A DNA stretch of 64,000 bases from Escherichia coli (lineage in GTDB: Bacteria > Pseudomonadota > Gammaproteobacteria > Enterobacterales > Enterobacteriaceae), in NCBI RefSeq assembly GCF_016903815.1, contig NZ_CP069972.1. One strand, 5' to 3'. Position 1 is the first letter of the stretch; each line of letters starts with the position of its first letter. Positions 18,887 to 28,316 of the stretch are shown here, in pieces. The translations under genes and the position numbers were made by a program. The notes beneath the pieces are model-generated. The model worked only from the letters and a program-made list of their open reading frames with translations, searched no databases and had not been told where the DNA came from.

Positions 18887-19069
18887 CTACTGCTCATCAG
18901 GAAACAGCTTTTTCAGTTCTTCACCGGAAAGTCCCGTGACCTCCTGAATCCGTTCCAGCGGCCAGCCTATATCCCGAAGCCGGCAGGCTATTTCCCGCGC
19001 CACTTCAAGAGCCCCTTGTTTAAAACCCTCGTCGAAACCTTTCTGTATAAGACGTTCTGCAATCGTCAT
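18887..19069 (-). CDS. Stand-alone RpnS-like small protein (60 aa), homolog of the Rpn C-terminal domain
   Basis: MTIAERLIQKGFDEGFKQGALEVAREIACRL...TGLSGEELKK aligns with the last 65 aa of the adjacent Rpn; own SD AGGAG; the longer 81-aa ORF would be encoded through the rpn terminator hairpin. Confidence 0.5.
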   Translation of the reverse strand: MTIAERLIQKGFDEGFKQGALEVAREIACRLRDIGWPLERIQEVTGLSGEELKKLFPDEQ

Positions 19070-19092
19070 GCTGTTTGCTCTGCTCCTGCTGA

Positions 19093-19119
19093 CAAAAAAG
19101 CCCGGCATTTTGCCGGGCT
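19093..19119 (-). terminator. Intrinsic terminator after rpn
   Basis: Minus-strand hairpin AGCCCGGC-loop-GCCGGGCT followed by U6. Confidence 0.5.
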
Positions 19120-19131
19120 TTGTGGTTCTCA

Positions 19132-19329
19132 TCAGTGAGTGATTTTCTTCAGTTCGTCATCGGAAAGTCCGGTAGCCTGCTTAATCTGCTCCGGCGTCAT
19201 CCCCATTTTCTGAAGCTGGCACGCAATAGCCAGGGCTTTTTCAAGCGCTCCTTCCATGCGTCCTTCCATGCGTCCTTCCATCCTGCCTTCCTGGCGACCT
19301 TTTTGCTCAAGACGTTCTGCGATAGTCAT
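19132..19329 (-). CDS. Possible intragenic RpnS-like ORF (in-frame internal start, 65 aa)
   Basis: In-frame ATG at 19329 preceded by GAGGAT at -6 to -11 (CATGAGGATAAACTGATG); product corresponds to the Rpn C-terminal domain. Confidence 0.3.
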   Translation of the reverse strand: MTIAERLEQKGRQEGRMEGRMEGRMEGALEKALAIACQLQKMGMTPEQIKQATGLSDDELKKITH

Positions 19330-20058
19330 CAGTTTATCCTCATGCTGCGGCAGACGCTCAGCCAGCGCCCGCATAAATTCCGGTGATACAGAGTCCCCTG
19401 CGTTAACGATGTAATGAATCAGAACACGCACCTGCTCGTCTGAAATTTCCACCATGACCTGCGGGAGTTTGTCCAGCAGCTCCATCATGTCACGATGGCG
19501 GATATGCTTCATCAGCAGCGTCAGTGCGGCCATCCGGCGATGGTTCATGATTTCATTGTCATCAACGACAGTGATATCAACCAGCGGAAACGGCTTTGTG
19601 TATATTTTAGCCGCAAGTGCCGGATTCTCAAAACAGTCCAGCCAGTTCATGCTGTACGGGTACGGGCTGCGCTCACCGTGATAGAACAGCACCGGAATCA
19701 CCAGTGGCAACGTTTTGTGCTGCTCCAGATGTCTCTGCATCGCCGCCACACTGTAGCGTAACATGCGAAAAGGCATGTACAGATTTTCTGTGCTCTGGTG
19801 CTCGATGAGCGTATAAACATAACCATCTTCACCCCCGGTGGTTTTCACGCTCCAGAGGATATCGCTGGCGTACTGATGCAGGTCCGGCTCAACAAAGGTG
19901 GCGGGTTCCAGCTTCAGCGTGGACAGGTCGCACAACTGCCGGTACTCCGCAGGAAGATGCAGTTCCAGAAAATCCCTGGCAACGTCGGGATTCGCCAGGA
20001 ACGACCGGAACGCGGCATCATGCGGCGTGGGCGTTGTGGTGTTTTTCTTCTTACTCAC
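19132..20058 (-). CDS. Rpn family recombination-promoting nuclease (YhgA-like, PDDEXK), 308 aa
   Basis: YhgA-like N-terminal region (LIEHQS...) and conserved C-terminal domain (IAERLEQKG...TGLSDDELKK); GTG start overlapping the stop of the upstream ORF. Confidence 0.6.
   Translation of the reverse strand: MSKKKNTTTPTPHDAAFRSFLANPDVARDFLELHLPAEYRQLCDLSTLKLEPATFVEPDLHQYASDILWSVKTTGGEDGYVYTLIEHQSTENLYMPFRMLRYSVAAMQRHLEQHKTLPLVIPVLFYHGERSPYPYSMNWLDCFENPALAAKIYTKPFPLVDITVVDDNEIMNHRRMAALTLLMKHIRHRDMMELLDKLPQVMVEISDEQVRVLIHYIVNAGDSVSPEFMRALAERLPQHEDKLMTIAERLEQKGRQEGRMEGRMEGRMEGALEKALAIACQLQKMGMTPEQIKQATGLSDDELKKITH
19249..19284. repeat. 12-bp tandem repeat x3 inside rpn (encodes EGRMEGRMEGRM)
   Basis: TCCTTCCATGCG repeated twice plus variant TCCTTCCATCCT; in frame. 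Confidence 0.6.
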
Positions 20059-20444
20059 GGTTCCTCCATCAAATCAGCAGCATCGCAGCAATCATCGCCC
20101 AAATCCCCACAACCGAGAGGACAGCAATTGCGTTCAAAGCCATGACAACAATAGCCGCGTTCTGAGTCACGGCGTATTTCTTCAGCAATCTCTTCTGCGG
20201 AAAGGTAATCAAACTCCTCACGGGCCAGTTCCAGGACCAGTAGATGTTGTTCTGTCGGCAATGTGGCCACAAAATTATCAATAGCAGCACTCAAACGTCG
20301 CTGATATAGCTCATAAACAAGACCACAACGGGGCATTAGTTCTTCGGATAATAGTTCCAGTTTTGAGCGAATTCTGTCAGCGTTGAAAGTGACTTCATCA
20401 AAAGACATATGAAAAGCTTTGTCAGTATCAAAACAAGACTTCAT
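20055..20444 (-). CDS. Hypothetical protein with Cys-rich acidic C-terminus (129 aa), coupled to rpn
   Basis: ATG at 20444 with SD GGAGA; C-terminal CCHGFERNCCPLGCGDLGDDCCD; stop TGA overlaps rpn GTG start (GTGA). Confidence 0.45.
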   Translation of the reverse strand: MKSCFDTDKAFHMSFDEVTFNADRIRSKLELLSEELMPRCGLVYELYQRRLSAAIDNFVATLPTEQHLLVLELAREEFDYLSAEEIAEEIRRDSERGYCCHGFERNCCPLGCGDLGDDCCDAADLMEEP

Positions 20445-20620
20445 TGTTATCTCCAGCCCTCCCGGGCCCTGAATGAAAGAGAATCTGTTTCCCTTTTCTG
20501 TTTTTTGTGGAGACACCATGCAACACAGACGTCGTGATGTTTTTCATCTTGCTCACGGTTCCTCCTGGTAAAGTACCTGAACACATCCTGCCACCTGCAC
20601 AGGCAGACGGCAGGGGTTAA

Positions 20621-20887
20621 TCAGTGACAGACCCGTTCAATTTCAAGCGCGCGGAGCAGGTGGCCCCATTCGCTGACTTTCATGGCGGGGATACGTACCC
20701 GCTTCTGCTCACTGCAGCGTCTGGCGATATGACCGCCCATCGCCAGGACGTCCGGGTTAATCTCATCCGGTGCCAGTTCCTGGCGTCTGAAGCGGGTATG
20801 GCGGTGCAGGGGTTTGTTCTCCCGCAGGCACTCTTCACGCAGACGCTTTACATACTCGGCGGTTGCGAAGATAATTGATGGTCTCAT
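20621..20887 (-). CDS. Hypothetical leading-region protein (88 aa)
   Basis: ATG at 20887 with GGAG 9 nt upstream; basic protein; no recognised domain. Confidence 0.4.
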   Translation of the reverse strand: MRPSIIFATAEYVKRLREECLRENKPLHRHTRFRRQELAPDEINPDVLAMGGHIARRCSEQKRVRIPAMKVSEWGHLLRALEIERVCH

Positions 20888-20979
20888 GGCATAATCTCCA
20901 TAGTTAGTGAATGAGATGCCGGACTTCCGTACGGGGAAGCGCCAGCGGAGAAAGGCAGGGTTTATCGCCCTGCTTTTTT

Positions 20980-21414
20980 TCATTCCGGACAGCGACGCAG
21001 TGCCAGCGCGAGCGCTTTCATCTTCCAGCCTTCCGGCGTGCGGTACATCACCTTCCAGTAGCCGTCGATGAACACATAATGGAAGCGCACCTCTTCAGTG
21101 CTTTCCGTGGCGATGGCCTCCCTGAAAGAACGGTACTCACGCGCCTCACTGTCCATCCGGAAACCACTGTCACGTCCGTAATAAGCCGTCACACCGTCCA
21201 CCGGGTTCTGAAGCGTATGCCCGGCGGGTTTGTCGCAACGGGGACCGAGGCAACGGATATCACCGTGTTCAACCAGGGCTTCGGCCTGCTGACCGGTGGC
21301 ATAGTGGGTATGCAGGATGCGACCGTTCCAGGTCGGCTCACCGTGCAGGTGGCAGTAAACGGTACGGAACACCCCGTCGCGGCAAAAAACGGAAATCGTG
21401 CTGCTGACTGTCAT
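20980..21414 (-). CDS. Hypothetical leading-region protein (144 aa) behind repeat copy B
   Basis: ATG at 21414 with SD GGAGA; the longer 251-aa ORF in the track reads through the GC-rich repeat and is rejected. Confidence 0.5.
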   Translation of the reverse strand: MTVSSTISVFCRDGVFRTVYCHLHGEPTWNGRILHTHYATGQQAEALVEHGDIRCLGPRCDKPAGHTLQNPVDGVTAYYGRDSGFRMDSEAREYRSFREAIATESTEEVRFHYVFIDGYWKVMYRTPEGWKMKALALALRRCPE

Positions 21415-21468
21415 GAAAACGTCTCCTTCTGCTGAATCAGGTCGCCGGGCCGACCGGTTGCTCCCCCG

Positions 21469-21964
21469 GAGGGGCGAAAGCCCCTTCTGCCGTCCACTTC
21501 TTCGGGGTTTCTCCCCGCAGTGGACCTTTCCGATGGGGCAGCGACTGCCACGGCACGGGGCAGTTGTCCGGGGGCAGACGCAAAAGTTTTTGACGCTTGC
21601 GGCAAAAAGTTTTGTGGCTGGTACATCTCTCCCCTGGACGGCTGAAACGTGTTGTGGCCGCTTCAGCCCCCGGAAAGTCCACAGCGGGGAAACAGGCCGC
21701 AGGGGGGGCGGCGGAAGGGCAGACAACTGCGCCATCAGGCGCAGTTTCCTTACACACCGTCAGGTGTGCAGGGAGCGCAGGTCACGGCGCGACAGAGGCG
21801 GCGCGACCGGAACGGTCGCTGCAAGCCTGGTTTTTCAGACATCGGACCGTAGCGGCAGCCCGAAACCGCGCCAGCGGGTTCGGCGGAGACTGGCGGGTGC
21901 GCCAGCAGCTGCCTGTCGGAGTCGGGCCTGACGACCGGATGCCGCCAGGCAGCCGGGAGCCGAA
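21469..21964 (-). promoter_or_regulatory. Family-1 hairpin repeat, copy B
   Basis: About 500 bp shared with copy C and about 300 bp with copy A; long imperfect inverted repeats. Confidence 0.6.
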
Positions 21965-22146
21965 GGGTGTCCCCGCCCCCGGGAGTCAGAACAACAGAAA
22001 CGACAAAACAGAAAAATGCCTCACACTATGACAGGCAGGAAGGGTAGCGCCGCAGGCGCGGCCCTCCTGTATTTCAGGCAGGCGTAAGCCTGCCAGGGTT
22101 TTCCGGGGGCCTGGCAGGCCATCCCCCCGCCGGAGCGGGGAGTAAA

Positions 22147-22647
22147 TCACCGACGGAACACATGACCGTCAATAAAGGTGAAGGAGTCCAGGAATAAATC
22201 CCGCGCATACGCCTCATAGTCAAAATAGAGCGCCACCGTCTCCGGCACGTCAGCCAGCAGGCCGGTATCACTGACGAACTCAACCGCAAAAGCCTCCTCA
22301 CTGTCAGCCTCGCCCCACCAGGCATCGCGGAAGCTGTCAAAATCCGTCTCACCGGTATCATCCACCCAGAGACGATAAGCCTCTTCGCAGCCTTCATCCC
22401 GCGCCTGGCGGAAGCCTTCAACCCAGGCCCAGTTGATATGGCATTCAGAGGCCATATTCCCCGGGAATCCCTCATAATCCTGAAACATCAGTTCCGGGTC
22501 GGTTTCATCCTGGTGAAGGGCACGGCAGGCGGCGAAAAAGTCGCGTTCATCATCAAACGTTGTCAGGTCAAACCAGCGGCCAGCGATGCTTCCACAGTTG
22601 TATTTGTGCCAGGTTCCAACGTATACAGCAGGTGCAACAACAGACAT
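22147..22647 (-). CDS. ardA: Antirestriction protein ArdA (166 aa)
   Basis: MSVVAPAVYVGTWHKYNCGSIAGRWFDLTTFDDE...; acidic; SD GGAGGA; matches ColIb-P9 ArdA (recollection). Confidence 0.85.
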   Translation of the reverse strand: MSVVAPAVYVGTWHKYNCGSIAGRWFDLTTFDDERDFFAACRALHQDETDPELMFQDYEGFPGNMASECHINWAWVEGFRQARDEGCEEAYRLWVDDTGETDFDSFRDAWWGEADSEEAFAVEFVSDTGLLADVPETVALYFDYEAYARDLFLDSFTFIDGHVFRR

Positions 22648-22659
22648 TCCCGAATCCTC

Positions 22660-22992
22660 CATAGTCACATGTTCTGCGACACCGGGCGGTGCCGTGCCTC
22701 CATCTTTGCCGGGCCTGCAGGGATGCAAGGGCGCAAGGGAAGCCGCAGCCCGACGCACACGGCTGGCGGGAGTTGGAGGGTGAGACCGCGAAATCTGAGC
22801 GGGTGAACGACCGGAAAATCACGGCAGACGGGAAGGAGGGACCGGGTGACCGCAGCGGTTCATCTTACCTTGCATCCCGCCCGCAGAAGCCCGGCTACGA
22901 TGGAGGCACGGCACAGCCCGCACACGACACGGCGGCCACATAACTGAAAACCCACAAGGCCATGCCCCGCATGGCCGGGTAAAAGCGGAGCC
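22660..22992 (-). promoter_or_regulatory. Family-2 hairpin repeat, copy 1 (upstream of ardA)
   Basis: About 330 bp nearly identical to 31955-32286; about 45-nt inverted arms (GTGCCGTGCCTCCATC...GATGGAGGCACGGCAC) separated by about 150 nt. Confidence 0.6.
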
Positions 22993-23108
22993 GGCGGCGA
23001 CGTCCTTATTCCGGCGAGAGCAGGGAGCACACCGCATGATCTCCAGACCACCCCTGGAACGAAACGATCATGACCGGCATGTCCCTGCGTAAAATATACA
23101 TGCCTGGT

Positions 23109-23705
23109 TCACCGGAGAATATCTGTGATATCCACAAGTTTTCTGTCGCGCAGCCAGTCCTGCGCTTCACGCACCACACAACTGTCCGGTTTCACCGCTT
23201 TCAGCGATGATGCCAGTCGCTTGATCAACATCACCAGTTCCCGTGTCTGTATGTCCGGCATTGTCTCCGGCGGAGCAGGGGGACTCTCATTTCCGACGCT
23301 CATCCCATGCGCTTCCAGTGTGGCACGGACAAACCAGGCGGCATCGACCAGTTGCTGTCCAATCCAGGCCAGATCGGCATTTCTGTCACGGGCTGCCATT
23401 CGCTCGCCCGACAGCGCCTTGCTGATATGGCTGCGCACCAGATTATCCAGGAGTGCCTGCGCTTCTTCCGGTGAAAAGCCACCTGGTATCTCTGTGCGCA
23501 ACAGCCCTTTCCTGTACAGAAGCTGCAGCAGATCAACCTGCGACCGCACAGCAACTATCAGTACATAACGGACAACATTCGCACTGGCAGTGGTTTCTGT
23601 ATCATTCAGCAGTTCTTCCGGATCGTTCCCCCCGGTGTTGCAGAGCAACGGCAACAGAGGTCGCATCCACGCGGGAACCTGGTATTTTTCGTCTGATTTC
23701 ATCAT
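23109..23705 (-). CDS. Hypothetical protein (198 aa), translationally coupled to psiA
   Basis: ATG at 23705 overlaps psiA stop (ATGATGA); SD GGAGAA; no recognised domain. Confidence 0.5.
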   Translation of the reverse strand: MMKSDEKYQVPAWMRPLLPLLCNTGGNDPEELLNDTETTASANVVRYVLIVAVRSQVDLLQLLYRKGLLRTEIPGGFSPEEAQALLDNLVRSHISKALSGERMAARDRNADLAWIGQQLVDAAWFVRATLEAHGMSVGNESPPAPPETMPDIQTRELVMLIKRLASSLKAVKPDSCVVREAQDWLRDRKLVDITDILR

Positions 23706-24421
23706 ATTACGTTCTCCAGCTTGTTCGGGATCATCCACTGCTCAAGTGCACGTACCTGTACCGGTGCACCACGACCGGCCTCACCGGCTTCAAAAATCAG
23801 CCGCCAGAGTGGTTCCTCCTGCCAGAAAAACCGGTCAAATGATGACAGTGATGGAAAACGCCCGCACCACCCCCAGAAAATCGTTTCCAGATCATGCTCC
23901 TCAACAACACCAGACCAGCGGGACAACCAGCTTCCGACCGTGGCGGGAGTATGAAACGCAAGGTCAATCTGCGCCTGAGCAAAACATGTCTGGTATTCCA
24001 GTTCCCGTCGTTCTGCCTCACGTTCCCGCTGGCGGCTGTATTTCTGCTCTGTCAGCGTGGTTTTCTGACGACGACGCTCACCTTCACGAAAAGGCACGGA
24101 CGGGAACAGACGGTGCCCCGCATCGGATGGCAGGGGAAGAACACAGACTTCCCCAAAACTTTCAATCAGTTTATCCACGGCAGCCAGCCACAGGAGACGG
24201 TTGCCATGAAATTCCTCCTTCGTCAGCGCAGGGGCAAAAAAGCGGAGATCGGTCAGCGAAATCCGGCGACTGCCATTCAGGCAGCGAAAGAAAGCGGTGG
24301 CATAAGGCCATGCTGAAAGTGTGCGTCCCTGACGACGACGTTGTTCTGTGACAGCCACCGCCTGCATGGCGGCCTGTTGTTCTGCGCTGAGGGGGATCAG
24401 TGCCCGTGAACGTGCGCTCAT
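23702..24421 (-). CDS. psiA: Plasmid SOS inhibition protein PsiA (239 aa)
   Basis: [53 protein letters not shown]...; ATGA overlap with psiB stop. Confidence 0.85.
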   Translation of the reverse strand: MSARSRALIPLSAEQQAAMQAVAVTEQRRRQGRTLSAWPYATAFFRCLNGSRRISLTDLRFFAPALTKEEFHGNRLLWLAAVDKLIESFGEVCVLPLPSDAGHRLFPSVPFREGERRRQKTTLTEQKYSRQREREAERRELEYQTCFAQAQIDLAFHTPATVGSWLSRWSGVVEEHDLETIFWGWCGRFPSLSSFDRFFWQEEPLWRLIFEAGEAGRGAPVQVRALEQWMIPNKLENVI

Positions 24422-24852
24422 GCCTGACCTCCTTCTGCCATCAGGATATGGATGATGTCGTTAACACTGTATCCCTGCGCATCCAGTGTCGCGGCAAGCG
24501 CCAGCGTGTGACTGATCGCGACAGGCGTGAAGATATGTTGCACCTGAACGACGGCGAAAGGCTGTCCACCACCATTCACCAGAACCAGCATCCAGAGCTG
24601 AGAGACGTCTCCCGGCGAACATAATGCCAGGTGGAAACGTTCGTGGGCTGGCGTGAAACGAACCTGGACGGGGAAAAAGCCCCCGAACTCACTGCCATAC
24701 TCTCCGTTCATCACCCAGTTAGCCGGTGCGTCCACTTCACGCATCACCTCGTGAGTGAGATTACGGCGCATATCGCTTCCCGCAGCACGGATATCTTCAT
24801 ATTCCTGTGCGTTCATGGACTGCAGGGCATTCAGGGTCAGTTCAGTTTTCAT
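24418..24852 (-). CDS. psiB: Plasmid SOS inhibition protein PsiB (144 aa)
   Basis: [40 protein letters not shown]...; SD AGGGAG. Confidence 0.9.
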   Translation of the reverse strand: MKTELTLNALQSMNAQEYEDIRAAGSDMRRNLTHEVMREVDAPANWVMNGEYGSEFGGFFPVQVRFTPAHERFHLALCSPGDVSQLWMLVLVNGGGQPFAVVQVQHIFTPVAISHTLALAATLDAQGYSVNDIIHILMAEGGQA

Positions 24853-24906
24853 CACGGTATCTCCCTTGCTGCCGCCCCGTCTCCGGCGGGGCGGTGTGGT
24901 TGTTCA

Positions 24907-26865
24907 TCAGGCGGCATCAGCCAGGTTAGCGGTGTGTTCAGTGGCATCCGTCTGTGGACGTGGTGCACACATCCAGCCAGGCACCCAGCGGTTGTCTTTC
25001 ATATGGAACTCTGCATGTTCAGCCGCATCGCCTTTCTTCATTTTCTCCGCGTCCCGTGCGGCACCGGACAGTCCGGCCTCATTCAGGGCTGCGATAATCT
25101 GCGGCTTTTTCAGGTGTCCGAAGAAGTTTGCTTTTGTCGGCTGCCACCAGTCGCGCATGTGAAAGCCGATGGCGGTTTCCAGCGAGTCCAGCGGACTGCG
25201 TGACGTGTGACCACACTCGCGGGTCTGGACACCGTTAAGACTGCACGCGGTACAGAAACTGAGCAGGGATAACAGCACCTCCTGGCTAAGTGACAGGAAC
25301 GTCGTCATATCCCGTTCCCATCCTTCCGGCAGCAGGGCAGCAAAACGAGAGTGTTCTGCCATCAGCGCCATGAATGCGGCACCTTCCTTCCCTGACGGTG
25401 CATCGCTGGTCAGCGCATAATGCTCACATTCCAGGCGAATTCTGGCGGGACTACTATGCGCTTTGCTGTCAAACACATTCAGGCAGAGCGTCCATGCCAG
25501 CAGTGCCAGGGATTTGTCCGGTTGCTGCATCAGTGCTGCCTGGACTGCCAGCGTGCGCTCTGAGGTCAATTTAGTCAGCAACGGCAGACTAATTTCCTCC
25601 ACTGACGCGCTCTCCAGCCCCTGTTCCGTGCGGTCAGCGTCGTCAGCCACATCATCCTCACTGCGCAACTGCACACCACGCTGGATACACACATTACCGT
25701 AACGCCAGGACACCACCACGCCACTTCCGGCACGCATCTCCGGCGTCCACGCCCTGACCTTCGCCATGCAGTCAATCAGCTTCATTTCTGCTGCCAGCAG
25801 GTCAGATTCCTCACACTGGTTTTCCAGCGAGTCGTAACGAGCCATCAGTTCGTTCAGACGTTCGTCTTCCGCCTCCGTCAGCACCGCTTCCGGCTCCGGC
25901 AGGTTGCGGTATGCCCGGGCATCTTCACGGCACTCACCGACAGGCTCCATGCGTCCGGCGCACCATTCCCAGCCTTCGGCTTCCCGAAGGAACTCTGCGA
26001 CAGCCTGGAGTTTTTCCAGCAGGGCGGCATCGAGCGCCACGCGGTCGACATAACCGTCCCCGTCATCGCTGAACAAATCGGTGCGCAGTTCGTCTGGCGA
26101 GAAGGCATCAGCCCCCACGAAGCGGAATTTACTGTTCCCCGCCACCGCCACTTCACTTTCGGTCACCAGACGACGAATGGTCTGTACTTCCGGTTTACCG
26201 CCCCATCCCGACTGGCAGGCGGCTTCAAACACCTGCACCTGACGCGCGGTGTCGTTCTCCAGCGCCAGCGCCTGACAGTGCTCTGTGGTGATGCGGTCTT
26301 CTGCCAGCGCATCGAGGATAACCGGAGCAAGGTCTGCCAGTTTCAGCATTCGCTGAACGTGGCGGGGTGAATAGCCCAGCAAATCACCGATTTGTGCAGG
26401 CGTTTTGCCTTCCTGCGCCATTGCGCGGAATCCGGCAATCTGTTCGGCAGGGTGCATATCCCGACGCTGACCGTTCTCGGTCATCGATGCGGCAGTCGCC
26501 AGCTCCTGCGGAATGACCTTCACGCGTACAGGCCAGTCAGCCGGAAGGATGTTGCGCTCTGCCAGCATGTTGAGTGCTGCCAGTCGGCGACCGCCTGCGG
26601 CGACAGCGTAACGGTCACCAGGCAGGGTATGCACGACCAGATTCTGCAGCAGTCCGACGCCCTTAATGGACTCCGCCAGTTCGCTGACGGACTCCGCAGA
26701 ATACGGCACCGTGCGCACATTCAGCGGTGATTTAATCAGCGAGGCCAGCGGCACGCTCACTTCCTCCGTCTGCGCCAGCAGGGCAGACAGGACAGTTTCC
26801 TGCGTTTTTACAGATTTACGGCTTGCTTTGCGGGTGGTTTCTGGTTCACACTTCGTTACAGGCAT
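24907..26865 (-). CDS. ParB-like nuclease domain protein of the leading region (about 652 aa)
   Basis: N-terminal ParB/Sulfiredoxin-like region (…VVHTLPGDRYAVAAGGRRLAAL…) plus long C-terminal extension; upstream of psiB. Confidence 0.65.
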   Translation of the reverse strand: MPVTKCEPETTRKASRKSVKTQETVLSALLAQTEEVSVPLASLIKSPLNVRTVPYSAESVSELAESIKGVGLLQNLVVHTLPGDRYAVAAGGRRLAALNMLAERNILPADWPVRVKVIPQELATAASMTENGQRRDMHPAEQIAGFRAMAQEGKTPAQIGDLLGYSPRHVQRMLKLADLAPVILDALAEDRITTEHCQALALENDTARQVQVFEAACQSGWGGKPEVQTIRRLVTESEVAVAGNSKFRFVGADAFSPDELRTDLFSDDGDGYVDRVALDAALLEKLQAVAEFLREAEGWEWCAGRMEPVGECREDARAYRNLPEPEAVLTEAEDERLNELMARYDSLENQCEESDLLAAEMKLIDCMAKVRAWTPEMRAGSGVVVSWRYGNVCIQRGVQLRSEDDVADDADRTEQGLESASVEEISLPLLTKLTSERTLAVQAALMQQPDKSLALLAWTLCLNVFDSKAHSSPARIRLECEHYALTSDAPSGKEGAAFMALMAEHSRFAALLPEGWERDMTTFLSLSQEVLLSLLSFCTACSLNGVQTRECGHTSRSPLDSLETAIGFHMRDWWQPTKANFFGHLKKPQIIAALNEAGLSGAARDAEKMKKGDAAEHAEFHMKDNRWVPGWMCAPRPQTDATEHTANLADAA

Positions 26866-26923
26866 AATCATCCCCTTATAATTGCTTATGTCCTGCCGGA
26901 CGTTCGCGCGTCCGGCACCTCTC

Positions 26924-27157
26924 TTACTTAAGAATCCCGAAATCCCTGATGTACTGGTTCATCCAGTACCCGGCACAGTCCTCAAAATTCCAGGAGCGCC
27001 AGATCAACGTGCCATCCTGACGGACAACCAGGCGAAAATGCGTTCCCTGATCATCCTCGATAAAGACGTTCCGGTACTGTGCGGCAACGGCTTCCGCCTG
27101 TTCGCGGGTAAAGGAGCCGTCCGGCAGTCCCTGAAGTATTCTGAAATATTCGCTCAT
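26924..27157 (-). CDS. Small hypothetical leading-region protein (77 aa)
   Basis: ATG at 27157 with GGAG 8 nt upstream; between ssb and the ParB-like gene. Confidence 0.45.
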   Translation of the reverse strand: MSEYFRILQGLPDGSFTREQAEAVAAQYRNVFIEDDQGTHFRLVVRQDGTLIWRSWNFEDCAGYWMNQYIRDFGILK

Positions 27158-27214
27158 CCTCATATCTCCGGTGATGCCCCGCACAGGGCGGGGCGGTTGT
27201 CACAGTCAGCCCGA

Positions 27215-27742
27215 TCAGAACGGGATGTCGTCTGAAAACCCGTAATCCTCCCCCTCCGGCGGTTGCGGCTGAGGCTCTGGCTGCGCGGCCTTACGTCCAC
27301 GGCCTTTCGTTTTCGCGCCACCTTTTTTCGTCGCGTCAGCACTCTGTGGCTGCCCATTCTGCTGAGGCTTCGGTTGCGCCTGAGCGTTCTGCTGTGGTGC
27401 ACGTCCCAGCATCTGCACGGTGCCCGTGGTCTTAACAAGAATTTCAGTGACGTAACGGGTGATACCGTTATCTTCCCAGCTACGGGTGCGAAGCTGACCT
27501 TCGATGTAGACCTGCGCACCCTTGCGCAGATATTCACCTGCCACTTCCGCGAGCTTGCCGAACAGCACCACGCGGTGCCATTCCGTCTGCTCCCGCATCT
27601 CCCCCGTCTGTTTGTCACGCCAGCTTTCTGATGTGGCCACCTGCAGGTTTGCCACTGCGCCCCCGTTGGGGATGTAACGGACTTCCGGATCATTGCCCAG
27701 ACGCCCGACGAGGATGACCTTGTTGATACCACGTGCACTCAT
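27215..27742 (-). CDS. ssb: Plasmid single-stranded DNA-binding protein (175 aa)
   Basis: [48 protein letters not shown]...; Gly/Pro/Gln-rich linker and acidic DDIPF tail; SD AGGAGG. Confidence 0.9.
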   Translation of the reverse strand: MSARGINKVILVGRLGNDPEVRYIPNGGAVANLQVATSESWRDKQTGEMREQTEWHRVVLFGKLAEVAGEYLRKGAQVYIEGQLRTRSWEDNGITRYVTEILVKTTGTVQMLGRAPQQNAQAQPKPQQNGQPQSADATKKGGAKTKGRGRKAAQPEPQPQPPEGEDYGFSDDIPF

Positions 27743-27811
27743 AAGAACCTCCTGACTGAAAGATGTGAGATAAACCGGATACCGGCGACGGGACGTTCAT
27801 GTGCCCCTTCA

Positions 27812-28310
27812 GAGGAGCGAAAGCTCCTCCTGCCGTCCACTTCACAGGGGTTTCTCCCCGCAGTGGACCTTTCCGATGGGGGCCCGTTTACCGCCTCACG
27901 GGGCAGCTGTCCGGGGGCGGACGCAAAATTTTTTGCCGGGTTCATGGCTAAAAATTTTGTGGCCGGTGCATCTCACCCTGGACAGATGGAACGGGAGGGG
28001 GTTACGTCTGCCCCCCGGAAAGTCCACAGCGGGGAAACAGGCCGCAGGGGGGGCGGCAGGAGGGAGGACTGCTGCGCCATCAGGCGCAGTTTCCTCACAC
28101 ACCGTCAGGTGTGCAGGGAGCGCAGGTCACGGCGCGACAGGGGCGGCGCGACCGGAACGGTCGCTGCAAGCCCGGGTTTTCACGCATCGGACCGTAGCGG
28201 CAGCCCGAAACCGCGCCAGCGGGTTCGGCGGAGACTGGCGGGTGCGCCAGCAGCTGCCCGTCGGAGTCGGGCCTGACGACCGGATGCCGCCAGGCAGCCG
28301 GGAGCCGAAG
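27812..28310 (-). promoter_or_regulatory. Family-1 hairpin repeat, copy C (upstream of ssb)
   Basis: Near-identical to copy B over about 500 bp; homology ends at about 28310, right where the group II intron begins. Confidence 0.6.
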
Positions 28311-28316
28311 TGGGCG

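Noticed and set aside
21398-22031. ORF-track hits inside repeat copy B and the 251-aa extension of the 144-aa gene
   Set aside because: Same repeat family; the real gene has a clear SD and ATG at 21414, upstream part is repeat sequence
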